Position numbers and translations under genes: made by a program. The notes below the pieces were generated by a model, which saw only the letters and a list, made by a program, of their open reading frames with translations, ran no database searches and was not told the origin of the DNA. This document shows positions 9,017 through 18,276 of a stretch of DNA of 64,000 nt, piece by piece (within the stretch, counting starts at the first letter, position 1; every line of letters begins with the position of its first letter). The stretch is from Bacteroidia bacterium (GTDB lineage: Bacteria; Bacteroidota; Bacteroidia; Bacteroidales; VadinHA17): NCBI GenBank assembly GCA_026391215.1, contig JAPLDX010000058.1, positions 82,119-146,118 on the forward strand, given 5' to 3'.

Positions 9017-10198
9017 ATGGAAATGATACCATTTGAGAAAGCCTATGAGATAGTAATGAACTCCTCATTCATCACCGGTAATGAAAAAATTCCGTTCACT
9101 GAATCATTAAACCGGATACTGGTCACTGATGTTGTCAGCGATATAGATATGCCCCCTTTCAATAAGGCATCAGTTGACGGATTCGCATGTAAAAGATCAG
9201 ACCTGGCAGGTGAACTGGAGGTGATTGAAACTATCCCTGCAGGAAGGTGGCCGGAAACGAGTGTAGGCAAAAACCAGTGTTCACGCATTATGACTGGTGC
9301 AGCTGTTCCCCAGGGTGCTGATTGCGTCATAATGGTTGAAGATGTCAAAACATTTCCGTCGGGAAAAATCAGACTAACAGGCTCTTACAGTAAAGAAAAT
9401 ATAGCATTTAAGGGAGAGGATATCAAAAGAGGAGAGGTTGTCCTTAAAAGCGGAAGACAGATCAGTCCCCAGGACATAGCAGTCATGGCAACTGTCGGAC
9501 ATACATCAGTGACTGTCGGCAAGAGACCAAAAATAGCTGTCATCAGCTCAGGGGATGAGCTTGTTGAACCTGATATAGTTCCTGTAAATTCCCAGATCAG
9601 GAACTGCAATTCATACCAGCTGATTGCCCAGGCGGAGAGGGCAGGAACAAAACCTGTATATTATGGTATAGTAAAGGACGATGCCGATGCGACATATTCA
9701 ATAATTACCAGTGCGATAGACGAAAATGACCTGGTTCTTATTTCCGGAGGTGTTTCCATGGGTGATTTTGATTTTGTCCCTGCCGTTCTTGAAAAAGCAG
9801 GAGTGAGAATTATCTTCACAAGAGTTGCCGTTCAGCCGGGGAAGCCGACAACTTTTGGGGTACATCCGAAAGCGATTGTCTTCGGACTTCCCGGTAATCC
9901 GGTCTCCTCGTTCGTACAGTTTGAGCTCCTGGTCAGGCCTCTGATAAATAAAATGATGGGATTTCTCTGGGAGCCTTTAACCATATCATTGCCTATGAGA
10001 GAAAGATACTCCAGGAAATCGGCCGACAGGATAGCGCTGATACCTGTCAGCATAACTGGTGACGGATTCGTATTCCCGGTGGAATTTCACGGTTCAGCCC
10101 ATATTTCTGCGCTTCCTTCGGCTTCTGGCATTGTGGCAATGCCTCTGGGAGTAAACACATTTGAGAAAGGCGAAATGGTAAATGTTCGTCAGATATGA
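9017..10198 (+). CDS. moeA: Molybdopterin molybdo/tungstotransferase MoeA
   Basis: PPFNKASVDGFA, RIMTGA, SSGDEL, SGGVSMGDFD, QPGKP and GLPGNPVS. Confidence 0.95.
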   Translation: MEMIPFEKAYEIVMNSSFITGNEKIPFTESLNRILVTDVVSDIDMPPFNKASVDGFACKRSDLAGELEVIETIPAGRWPETSVGKNQCSRIMTGAAVPQGADCVIMVEDVKTFPSGKIRLTGSYSKENIAFKGEDIKRGEVVLKSGRQISPQDIAVMATVGHTSVTVGKRPKIAVISSGDELVEPDIVPVNSQIRNCNSYQLIAQAERAGTKPVYYGIVKDDADATYSIITSAIDENDLVLISGGVSMGDFDFVPAVLEKAGVRIIFTRVAVQPGKPTTFGVHPKAIVFGLPGNPVSSFVQFELLVRPLINKMMGFLWEPLTISLPMRERYSRKSADRIALIPVSITGDGFVFPVEFHGSAHISALPSASGIVAMPLGVNTFEKGEMVNVRQI

Positions 10199-10225
10199 CA
10201 GGATACATTATAAAGCTTATAAAAA

Positions 10226-10741
10226 ATGGATCTTCCTGATAAATTCGAAGTACTGGTTATAACCCTTAGCGACAGAGCCCACAGGGGAGAGTATGAAGAC
10301 CTCAGCGGACCTCGTATTAAAGAGAGATTATCAGAGTACTTTAATGAACAGAAATGGATCGGAAACTTTAACCTGACACTTATCCCTGATGATTCTGCCA
10401 TACTTGAAGGAATTTTAAAAAGTGCCGGGAGTGTTTATAATTTAATCTTTACAACAGGAGGCACAGGGATTGGCCCCAGGGATATTACAGTTGAGACTGT
10501 CAGGCCTCTTCTCTCGAAAGAGATCCCGGGGATCATGGAATACGTAAGGGTAAAATACGCTGAGACGAAACCTACAGCTCTTCTCAGCAGAGGTGTAGCC
10601 GGTATTCTCGGTGAAGCCCTGATCTATACGCTGCCCGGATCGGTGAGGGCTGTTGATGAATATATGAACGAGATACTTAAAACGCTGCAGCATACAGTTT
10701 TAATGCAGTATGGCATAGATAAGCATACGAAGAATCAATAG
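10226..10741 (+). CDS. mog: MogA/MoaB molybdopterin adenylyltransferase
   Basis: ITLSDR..GEYEDLSGP, TTGGTGIGPRD and LPGS. Confidence 0.93.
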   Translation: MDLPDKFEVLVITLSDRAHRGEYEDLSGPRIKERLSEYFNEQKWIGNFNLTLIPDDSAILEGILKSAGSVYNLIFTTGGTGIGPRDITVETVRPLLSKEIPGIMEYVRVKYAETKPTALLSRGVAGILGEALIYTLPGSVRAVDEYMNEILKTLQHTVLMQYGIDKHTKNQ

Positions 10742-12024
10742 GTGAGACGGTTATTGGTATTTGCTGCTGCAGTGCCAATCATCCGGTCGAAGCGTTCCCG
10801 GGGATTTCTGTAATAGACCAGTACGACATAATCATTTTCAGTCTCAAAATGATTGCCTTCAAAAATTGATGCAATACCTTCCGTATCACCTTTCCTGAGA
10901 AAAACATATTCGTAATTATACCAGCCTTGCTTTAGAAGCATTGTACATTCATATTGTCCCTGTTGAGGATTGAATGTCATTATGTTATTATCATCTAAAT
11001 TCCAGTTATTCAGTCCGCCTGACACATACATATTCCCTCCTGTGATCATATACTTAGACGGCAGGGTAAAATATACGTATACATAATCTGCATCAGTTTC
11101 CGGATCACGTCCTTCATCTGAAGCTATATAATATTTACCGTTGAAATCCTGCCAGAAAAAATATGGTTTGAATTCCCTGCTCTCTGAAGGGGCGAGAAAT
11201 ATGTTATAATTCGGTGATACATAATCTATTCTCCTGACAAATTCTGTCTGATATCTGATGCTCTTAATATCGAAATACCTGAATTCATTTCCTGCGCTGA
11301 AGATGTTTTTTTCAGACATGGCATTGAATTTAAGCACATTGTTTCCGGTAAAATCAGGCTTAAGGTTCTTTTTAGCATTGTTCCAGCGGCCATTCTGGAG
11401 CACAAAACAAAATACATTCCTGAGAGGATCAGTAACCGGGATACCGCTGAGATCGACAGTGAAATCAAACTGCTGGCCCGTGTTATTGAAAGCCGTTATC
11501 AGCGGCCGGTAAGCCCTGAAATCTATTTTAGCCTTGTCTTCAGTAATAATGAATCGCTGTGTCAGCACAGGAGTTTCAGGTTCTCCGTAGGGATATACCG
11601 ATAGAATATAGTTTCCTGATAAGAGGAAAGAGATCCTGTCATTAGGGAAGGCCAGGGTATAATGAAAATATTTTACCGTGGTATTGAATGATGGCTTCAT
11701 GTCTTCTATAGGATTATCAGGAAATCCTTCAATATATTCATTCGTGAAAATATCGGACTTATTCCAGTCTTTGTCGCAGTGCGTGAATGTATAATAGTAC
11801 GTTTCTGCCTGATCATCAAGAAGATCAAAATGAAGGAGAAGCTTCTCACCACCGTTCAGCTTTATGATCGGGTACGAAAAGTTCCAGCCTTCCTTATAAA
11901 GCTGAACAGTTTTGATCCTTTTATCAAATACACTGTTTGTATAAGACATAGGGTCCTGTTCCCCACCATATAACAGCTGAAATGCGAGGTTTAAAACTAT
12001 TATAAATATTAGCGTCCTGCCCAT
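10735..12024 (-). CDS. DUF5103 protein (T9SS Plug family)
   Basis: Signal peptide; HCDKDW, SFNTTVKYFHY, GNEFRYFD, LLKQGWYNY and EGNHFETENDY. Confidence 0.85.
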   Translation of the reverse strand: MGRTLIFIIVLNLAFQLLYGGEQDPMSYTNSVFDKRIKTVQLYKEGWNFSYPIIKLNGGEKLLLHFDLLDDQAETYYYTFTHCDKDWNKSDIFTNEYIEGFPDNPIEDMKPSFNTTVKYFHYTLAFPNDRISFLLSGNYILSVYPYGEPETPVLTQRFIITEDKAKIDFRAYRPLITAFNNTGQQFDFTVDLSGIPVTDPLRNVFCFVLQNGRWNNAKKNLKPDFTGNNVLKFNAMSEKNIFSAGNEFRYFDIKSIRYQTEFVRRIDYVSPNYNIFLAPSESREFKPYFFWQDFNGKYYIASDEGRDPETDADYVYVYFTLPSKYMITGGNMYVSGGLNNWNLDDNNIMTFNPQQGQYECTMLLKQGWYNYEYVFLRKGDTEGIASIFEGNHFETENDYVVLVYYRNPRERFDRMIGTAAANTNNRLTY

Positions 12025-12108
12025 AAATTGATACTACTGATAAGTGTAAACAAAAATAGTGCAAAATTATTATTCCATATTTTGTATTTTTGAATTAAAG
12101 TAAAATCT

Positions 12109-13125
12109 ATGAGCAATAAATTTTTTACTCTTGTTTTGTTATTCATCCTGATTATTACTTCCTGCAAAGATAAAGAATCTGGTTTTTCAAGTTTCAACGG
12201 ATTTGTCCAAGGTACCACCTATAGTATAGTATTTGAGAATAATGATCATATAAATCTGATTGAGCTCAGATCAAAGGTTGAAGAAATCCTGCACGATTTC
12301 GATATGTCATTATCTCTTTACCAGGATTCATCCATACTTTCAATGATAAACCGTAATGAAGAGGCCATGCCTGATTCATTTTTCATTGAAGCCTTCGACA
12401 GGTCAAAAGAGATAAACCTTACAACAGGGGGCGCTTTCGATATTACTGTGGGTCCCCTTGTGGAAGCATGGGGATTCGGACCTGATGAACAGAAATCTTT
12501 TACTGAGTCAAAACGCGACTCTCTGTTAAGCCTTGTGGGTATGGAAAAAGTGGAGATCAGGGATGGCAGGGTGTATAAAACGGATCCGCATATCCACCTT
12601 GATTTCAATGCCATTGCCCAGGGGTATTCTGTCGATATTATCTCTGAATATTTTGGCGGTCTGGGTATCGAACGCTTCCTTGTAGAAATAGGTGGCGAAG
12701 TAAGGGTAAAAGGCGATAAGAAGGGAGTACTGTGGAGGATCGGAATTGACAGGCCGGAAGATAACAACATGTCTCCCGGGACAGATCTTCAGGCAATTAT
12801 CAGCCTGAAGGACAGATCTTTGGCAACTTCAGGCAATTACAGGAAATTCTATGTTGAAGACGGTATCAAGTACTCCCATACTATTGATCCTAAAACAGGT
12901 TACCCGGCCAGGAACCAGCTTTTAAGTGCAACAATTATTGCTGATGACTGTGCAACTGCTGATGGAATTGCGACTGCATGTATGGTCATGGGGAAAGACA
13001 GGACTATCGATTTTCTCAACCTGCATCCTGAGTTTGAAGCCTACCTGATTTTTTCAGATGATGAAGGGAATTTTAAAACGTGGGCAACCAGGAACCTGAC
13101 GGAATTTATTTCACTACCTGAATGA
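12109..13125 (+). CDS. apbE: FAD:protein FMN transferase ApbE (lipoprotein)
   Basis: Lipobox ITSC, GAFDITVGPL..WGFG, AIAQGY..D, EIGGE, ATSGNYR and HTIDPKTG. Confidence 0.95.
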   Translation: MSNKFFTLVLLFILIITSCKDKESGFSSFNGFVQGTTYSIVFENNDHINLIELRSKVEEILHDFDMSLSLYQDSSILSMINRNEEAMPDSFFIEAFDRSKEINLTTGGAFDITVGPLVEAWGFGPDEQKSFTESKRDSLLSLVGMEKVEIRDGRVYKTDPHIHLDFNAIAQGYSVDIISEYFGGLGIERFLVEIGGEVRVKGDKKGVLWRIGIDRPEDNNMSPGTDLQAIISLKDRSLATSGNYRKFYVEDGIKYSHTIDPKTGYPARNQLLSATIIADDCATADGIATACMVMGKDRTIDFLNLHPEFEAYLIFSDDEGNFKTWATRNLTEFISLPE

Positions 13126-13151
13126 TGAGAAAGCCGGTTCCGGATAAGTAC

Positions 13152-13244
13152 TGACTCCCCGATCCCCCTAAAAAGGGGCTAAATCGTTATCACTTATGGG
13201 TTTATCCCCCCTTCAGGGGACAGACGCGAAGCGTCGGGGAGTTA
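13152..13244. repeat. GC-rich cruciform REP/MITE-like element (copy 1)
   Basis: Outer stem TGACTCCCCGA/TCGGGGAGTTA encloses CCCCT-AAAA-AGGGG, CCCC-TTCA-GGGG and GACGC-GAA-GCGTC. It overlaps the PEPCK-like stop codon. Confidence 0.75.
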
Positions 13245-15002
13245 TCTTGTGGTCGTGATTATATTCAGTAATTCTTTTGCAGCATCACTGGGCCCTGAAG
13301 TTTCATACCCCGGTATTCCCAGTCTTGTCCTCATTTGCCCTACAAATACATTCTTCCTGAAGAAGGATTCAAAATATCTCGTGGCGATATTTTCGTGAAT
13401 CTCCCTGTATTCCGGAGGTCCGAAGATATTGGCAAAATAGGAATTCACCAGCCCGCTTGATGTTGTTGTTCCCTTGCTCATTACCGAGCCTCTCCTGAAT
13501 ACCTCGATAGCCTCATCTGCTGAATCAAATTTCTCGATTACTGGGTGTTCATTATCAATTTCCTCATAATTATTTGCATAGAGTATGTAGTCAATCCTTT
13601 GACCTTTTATCACGTTCTCAAATGTTGTTACCGGAATCACAATTCTTGCATTAACCTGGCTGGGATTCATAATTATTGATCTATCGAGATGTCCGAAAGC
13701 ATATCCGGGCTGAAGGTCATCAAGCCGGAGGAAAGCTCCGGTCTCGGTACCATAGCCGACAGGAAATCCTTCATCATCAAGTTCTATTGATCCCATATCA
13801 TCAGCTATGATGCTAAGCTCACGGATATGTTTATCTCCAAGCACCCGGAATGCTTCGAGCGTCTCTGATTTTCCTGCTCCTGTATCTCCCATCATAAGAA
13901 TTGTGGCTTCAATATCACCCTTCAGCAATATCTTCACCAGGGCTCCGTGGAATGGCATCTTACCAGCTTTCATAACAATTGAATTATGAAGCGTGAGTAT
14001 CATTTTTTTCAGGTAACCGAAGTATCCAAATTCTGCCCTGCCGGGGATTGCCCCGATAAAGATTCCGTTTGGCGCATCTTCGTAAAATACCGTGGAAAAT
14101 TCAGACAAGCCATCTAGTGAATTGCCCTGTGTGCCATATAAGAAGATTGCATCAGGTCTTTTTTCCAGGTCGATGTCATCCGCAAGCTGGAACAGGTTAC
14201 ACATTGACAGTCCCAATTCAAGGAATGTAAGGTGAAAATAAACCATGATAAGAAGTTTCCCGGCTTTTACGGGATAACACAGCCAGTCGTCCGGATTAAA
14301 TTCGGTAAGATCAACAGGATTCTGCTGTATGCGTTTGAAATGTCCGGTCCGCTTGTTCATGGGTTGCTGAATGACAAGAGGAGGATAGATAAGCACCTGG
14401 CGGATCACCTGGATTTGGTTTAGCTTCATGTATTTCACATCCGGGTATGGAATATCTTTTGGCAGCGAGATGACAGCCATCTCGGCACCTGCCCTTACCT
14501 GCCTGTAAACATTCGGATGACTGCCGGTAATGTTTTCCTGGATATGCCTGTACACAGTCCTGATAAGATGTGTCAGGTGCTCAATAGTCTCATTGAATGT
14601 ACGATATGGCCTTTTATCAAGACGATCACCCTCTGAATCATTAATGATAAACCGGTCAAAATGTCTCCAGTAATCATATAAATATTCAATAAAGCTGTTC
14701 AAGAGCTGCAAGTCTTTCACAAAAACTTCAGATCTGTCAAAAATATGAGGGACGACACCGGCCTCATATTTGACCAGAAGTGTAAGTGTTTTAACCAGGT
14801 CATCCACTTCAGATTCACCTGATTTCCCATCCCGGAATATGTTCATAAACGGAGATTTCCTGCCGCGAAGATGTTCCAGACAATGATCCAGTACCATTCT
14901 GAATTTTCCACTTTCCAGTAATTCTTCAGCAGTTTCACACATCCTTTCACGGTTGTTCAGAACAGCTTTATTCCCGATTATCCTGAGTATACTTTTTTGC
15001 AT
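13242..15002 (-). CDS. Phosphoenolpyruvate carboxykinase-like P-loop protein
   Basis: FGYLKKMILTLHN, PFHGA, P-loop GDTGAGKSET, IADDMG and GTETGAFLRLDD. The likely start is MQKSIL at 15002. Confidence 0.75.
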   Translation of the reverse strand: MQKSILRIIGNKAVLNNRERMCETAEELLESGKFRMVLDHCLEHLRGRKSPFMNIFRDGKSGESEVDDLVKTLTLLVKYEAGVVPHIFDRSEVFVKDLQLLNSFIEYLYDYWRHFDRFIINDSEGDRLDKRPYRTFNETIEHLTHLIRTVYRHIQENITGSHPNVYRQVRAGAEMAVISLPKDIPYPDVKYMKLNQIQVIRQVLIYPPLVIQQPMNKRTGHFKRIQQNPVDLTEFNPDDWLCYPVKAGKLLIMVYFHLTFLELGLSMCNLFQLADDIDLEKRPDAIFLYGTQGNSLDGLSEFSTVFYEDAPNGIFIGAIPGRAEFGYFGYLKKMILTLHNSIVMKAGKMPFHGALVKILLKGDIEATILMMGDTGAGKSETLEAFRVLGDKHIRELSIIADDMGSIELDDEGFPVGYGTETGAFLRLDDLQPGYAFGHLDRSIIMNPSQVNARIVIPVTTFENVIKGQRIDYILYANNYEEIDNEHPVIEKFDSADEAIEVFRRGSVMSKGTTTSSGLVNSYFANIFGPPEYREIHENIATRYFESFFRKNVFVGQMRTRLGIPGYETSGPSDAAKELLNIITTTR

Positions 15003-15162
15003 GACCTGGTTGAAAATCTGGCCTAAAATATGATAATATTCAATTGACTTTTTGAATTTGCTTAATAAGTTATACAATATTTTTCAATAATTTTATCAAA
15101 TGAAAGGGAAAAGGAGATTTTAATCGGTCGTATTTATAAAAATTAGTAAATTGCCATAACTT

Positions 15163-15753
15163 ATGAAACCGGAGCTTGATCTGTTTACAATATTGCCTGA
15201 GGACAAAATACCGGAAAAGGGGAAGATACTTATATCAGAACCCTTTCTCCCGGATACCTTTTTTAACCGTACTATAGTGTATCTTGCTGATCATAACGCT
15301 GAAGGATCTGTAGGATTCATTCTGAATAAAAAGCTTGAAATAAAAGTATGTGATGCAATTTCCGGGTTTGAAGGATGGGATGAATACCTGAGCATGGGAG
15401 GACCTGTCGCACCTGATACCCTCCATTACCTTCATAATCTTGGCGATAAGATCCCTAAAAGTGTATGGGTTGATGAAAATATTTTCTGGGGTGGTGATAT
15501 TGATTTTATAAGGGATTTGATAAAAACCGGTAAGCTGGATAATTCACAGATACGGTTCTTCCTTGGTTATTCCGGATGGTCCGCCGGACAGCTCGAACGG
15601 GAGCTTAAGGAAAACTCATGGGTCATTGCCAGAGTCAAAACAGATATTGTGCTGAATAATCCGGTGGATAACACCTGGAAAAGAGTTCTGAGAGGGTTGA
15701 ACAATAAGTACCGTGCATGGGCTGACTTCCCGGAATCCCCCGATATGAATTAA
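15163..15753 (+). CDS. YqgE/AlgH family protein
   Basis: GFILNK, GGPV and FFLGYSGWSAGQLERE..ENSW. Confidence 0.93.
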   Translation: MKPELDLFTILPEDKIPEKGKILISEPFLPDTFFNRTIVYLADHNAEGSVGFILNKKLEIKVCDAISGFEGWDEYLSMGGPVAPDTLHYLHNLGDKIPKSVWVDENIFWGGDIDFIRDLIKTGKLDNSQIRFFLGYSGWSAGQLERELKENSWVIARVKTDIVLNNPVDNTWKRVLRGLNNKYRAWADFPESPDMN

Positions 15754-15800
15754 ACACATGTTTTACCGTTGTGCCTTTGCGCCGTTATGCCGCTGCACCA

Positions 15801-16811
15801 TTATAGGTGCATTATCTTAAACACCAGCTCTTTAAGCAGATCACCCGGCTCACTGCTGAAATCCCCATAACCCTTTGACTTCATATCATAAGTCCGTAAA
15901 AGACTTATGATATGTACTGTCCTGGCAACGTTATATTTCGATGCTGAAGTCTCATAATCCTTTACAAAATATGGATTGACCTTGAGGGCTGCTGCAACAC
16001 TATTCCTGGACTTATCGGTAAGATAATGATATGTGAGAAGCTTGCTGAAGTAACTGAAAAGTGAAGCTATGGAAAGGGTAATTGGATTGTCCTTAGGATT
16101 ATTTGCGAAATAATGAACTATCATGTTGGCCTTCAGGATGTTTCTTTCACCAACGGCTTTTTGCAATTCAAAATTGTTATAATCCTTGCTGATGCCGATA
16201 TTCTTTTCAATAAGCGTAGTGGTGATCACTGGCTTCCCTGCAGGAAGGGTGATAACAAGCTTATTCAGTTCATTTGCTATTTTGTGAAGGTCGGTTCCGA
16301 GGAATTCAGTGAGAAGAGCGCTGGCGCTTGGATCAGTTTTAATGCCCTGAGCCATCAGGTACCTTTCGATCCATGCCGGAACCTGGTAATCCCTTAAACG
16401 CGACGATTCAAAATAGACAGCCTGACTCTCCAGGGCTTTATAAAACTTCATCCTTTTATCAATTGTCCTGTACTTATAGTTGATGACCAGGATTGTTGAC
16501 TGGAGAGGTTTTTCAAGGTAGAAAATAAGATCTTCTATTTTCTTCAGGGTTTGCGCTTCTTTCACTATCACCACCTGGTGGCTTGACATCATGGGGAATT
16601 TCCGTGAAGCATCAATTATAGCCGGAACAGTTGTGTCTTCTCCATAGAGGATTACCTGGTTAAAGGATTTTTCAGCTTCCGGCAATACTTTATCTTCAAT
16701 AAATTCCGTAATAAGGTCAATATAATAAGGCTCTTCCCCGGCAAGAAAATAGACTGGTTTGAAGATCCGTTTTTTCAGATCAGAAATTATTTCTTCGTAA
16801 GTGACTGCCAT
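15801..16811 (-). CDS. holA: DNA polymerase III delta subunit
   Basis: PVYFLAGEEPYYID, FPMMS..QVVIVKEAQ and IGISKDYNNFEL. Confidence 0.95.
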   Translation of the reverse strand: MAVTYEEIISDLKKRIFKPVYFLAGEEPYYIDLITEFIEDKVLPEAEKSFNQVILYGEDTTVPAIIDASRKFPMMSSHQVVIVKEAQTLKKIEDLIFYLEKPLQSTILVINYKYRTIDKRMKFYKALESQAVYFESSRLRDYQVPAWIERYLMAQGIKTDPSASALLTEFLGTDLHKIANELNKLVITLPAGKPVITTTLIEKNIGISKDYNNFELQKAVGERNILKANMIVHYFANNPKDNPITLSIASLFSYFSKLLTYHYLTDKSRNSVAAALKVNPYFVKDYETSASKYNVARTVHIISLLRTYDMKSKGYGDFSSEPGDLLKELVFKIMHL

Positions 16812-16812
16812 T

Positions 16813-17583
16813 TTAAAACCTCAGATGTTTTACAGATAAGCCGTTTTCCTTTATTTCTCTAAGGGCGTCGATCCCTATCTTCAGGTGAGTTTCTGCAAAT
16901 TTGCTTGTTACTCTCTTATCGCTTGCAGCAGTTTTAATGCCTGTGGATATCATCGGCTGATCTGAGACCAGAAGCAAAGCCCCGGTGGGGATTTCATTGG
17001 CAAATCCCACCGTAAAAATTGTTGCTGTCTCCATATCTATCGCCATTGCCCTGGTTTTTACGAGATATTTCTTAAACCTTTCGTCGTACTCCCAAACCCT
17101 TCTGTTAGTTGTATATACGGTACCTGTCCAGTATTCCTTCTTGTAGCGGTTTATCGCGTTTGAGATTGCACTTTGAAGCATAAATGCAGGGAGTGCAGGA
17201 ACTTCATTGGGAAGATAATCGTTTGATGTTCCGTCGCTCCTGATTGCAGCTATGGGGAGTATCAGGTCACCTACCCTATTCTTTTTCTTGAGTCCCCCGC
17301 ATTTTCCAAGGAACAGAACCGCATCTGGAGCTACAGCGCTTAGTAGATCCATGGCAGTTGCAGCATTCGGGCTGCCCATTCCAAAGTTCATGATAGTTAT
17401 CCCATCGGCAGTTGCACTTGGCATGTTCTTGTCCTTCCCTTCAATCTTCACATTATTCCACTCTGCAAAGAGTTCGAGGTAATACATAAAATTTGTAAGG
17501 AGAAAATATTTACCGAAGGTATTGAGATCTTTTCCGGTATATCTCGGAAGCCAGTTATTGACAATTTCCTCTTTGGTTTTCAT
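16813..17583 (-). CDS. amn: AMP nucleosidase
   Basis: NWLPRYTG, FGMGSPNAA, FLGKCGG, TTNRRVWE and DMETAT. Confidence 0.93.
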   Translation of the reverse strand: MKTKEEIVNNWLPRYTGKDLNTFGKYFLLTNFMYYLELFAEWNNVKIEGKDKNMPSATADGITIMNFGMGSPNAATAMDLLSAVAPDAVLFLGKCGGLKKKNRVGDLILPIAAIRSDGTSNDYLPNEVPALPAFMLQSAISNAINRYKKEYWTGTVYTTNRRVWEYDERFKKYLVKTRAMAIDMETATIFTVGFANEIPTGALLLVSDQPMISTGIKTAASDKRVTSKFAETHLKIGIDALREIKENGLSVKHLRF

Positions 17584-17623
17584 ATAATTTCTGTAATAAT
17601 TATTTGACCTTTTTATAATCCTG

Positions 17624-17735
17624 CCTCACCCCCTTCCTTCGCTTCACTCAGGATTCCCCCTCTCCCGGGAGAGAGGGGGACTGATTCGATAATCTTTCAA
17701 GTCCCTCCCTCCTGGGGGAGGGATTTAGGGAGAGG
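17624..17735. repeat. GC-rich cruciform REP/MITE-like element (copy 2)
   Basis: Outer CCTCACCC/GGGAGAGG; inner TCCCCCTCTC..GAGAGGGGGA and TCCCTCCC..GGGAGGGA. Confidence 0.8.
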
Positions 17736-17813
17736 TTGATTGACCTGTTATTTAAATTTTAAATTCAATTAAAATTATCTCAATATATTTGCTTTCAAAA
17801 GTACAAAACAAAG

Positions 17814-18269
17814 TTGAAACAGCTAAATCTGCCGGAATATTCATTCAGGATCAGAGGAAAAGAGGGATCTGAGACGATCTTTGATCTTCTCCGGAAGAAA
17901 TATGTAAAGCTCACACCTGAGGAATGGGTAAGGCAGAATTTTGTACAGTACCTGATTCATGAAGGAAAATATCCTCCCGGGCTTATCGGTATCGAGGTTA
18001 TGTCTGGATTCAATAAACTCAGGAAAAGAGTGGATATCCTGGTTCATAACAGGGCAGGGGAACCTGTAATGATTATAGAATGCAAAGCGCCTGATGTTAA
18101 AATTGACGATACCGTTTTTGACCAGGTGGTCTGTTATAACATGGGATTCAAAGTTCCTTACCTGGTAGTTACAAACGGGATTGATCATTATGCATGCAAG
18201 ATAGATCATGCACAGAATAAATATGATTTTCTCCTGGTGATCCCCCTTTACGCAGATATCTCATCCTGA
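17814..18269 (+). CDS. HsdR N-terminal-domain-only protein
   Basis: LTPEEWVRQ, D.....IECKAP (PD-(D/E)xK) and VTNG. TTG start, with a TATATTTG promoter at 17784-17791. Confidence 0.88.
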   Translation: MKQLNLPEYSFRIRGKEGSETIFDLLRKKYVKLTPEEWVRQNFVQYLIHEGKYPPGLIGIEVMSGFNKLRKRVDILVHNRAGEPVMIIECKAPDVKIDDTVFDQVVCYNMGFKVPYLVVTNGIDHYACKIDHAQNKYDFLLVIPLYADISS

Positions 18270-18276
18270 CAGCCTT

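Noticed and set aside
15764-15800. Short GC-rich degenerate repeat (CCGTTGTGCC/CCGTTATGCC) between yqgE and holA
   Set aside because: Too short and degenerate to assign. At most it is a decayed intergenic repeat.
17814-18269. Type I restriction-modification or defence system
   Set aside because: Only the small HsdR_N domain is present, with no hsdM/hsdS or helicase. It sits in the usual Bacteroidota holA/amn neighbourhood.
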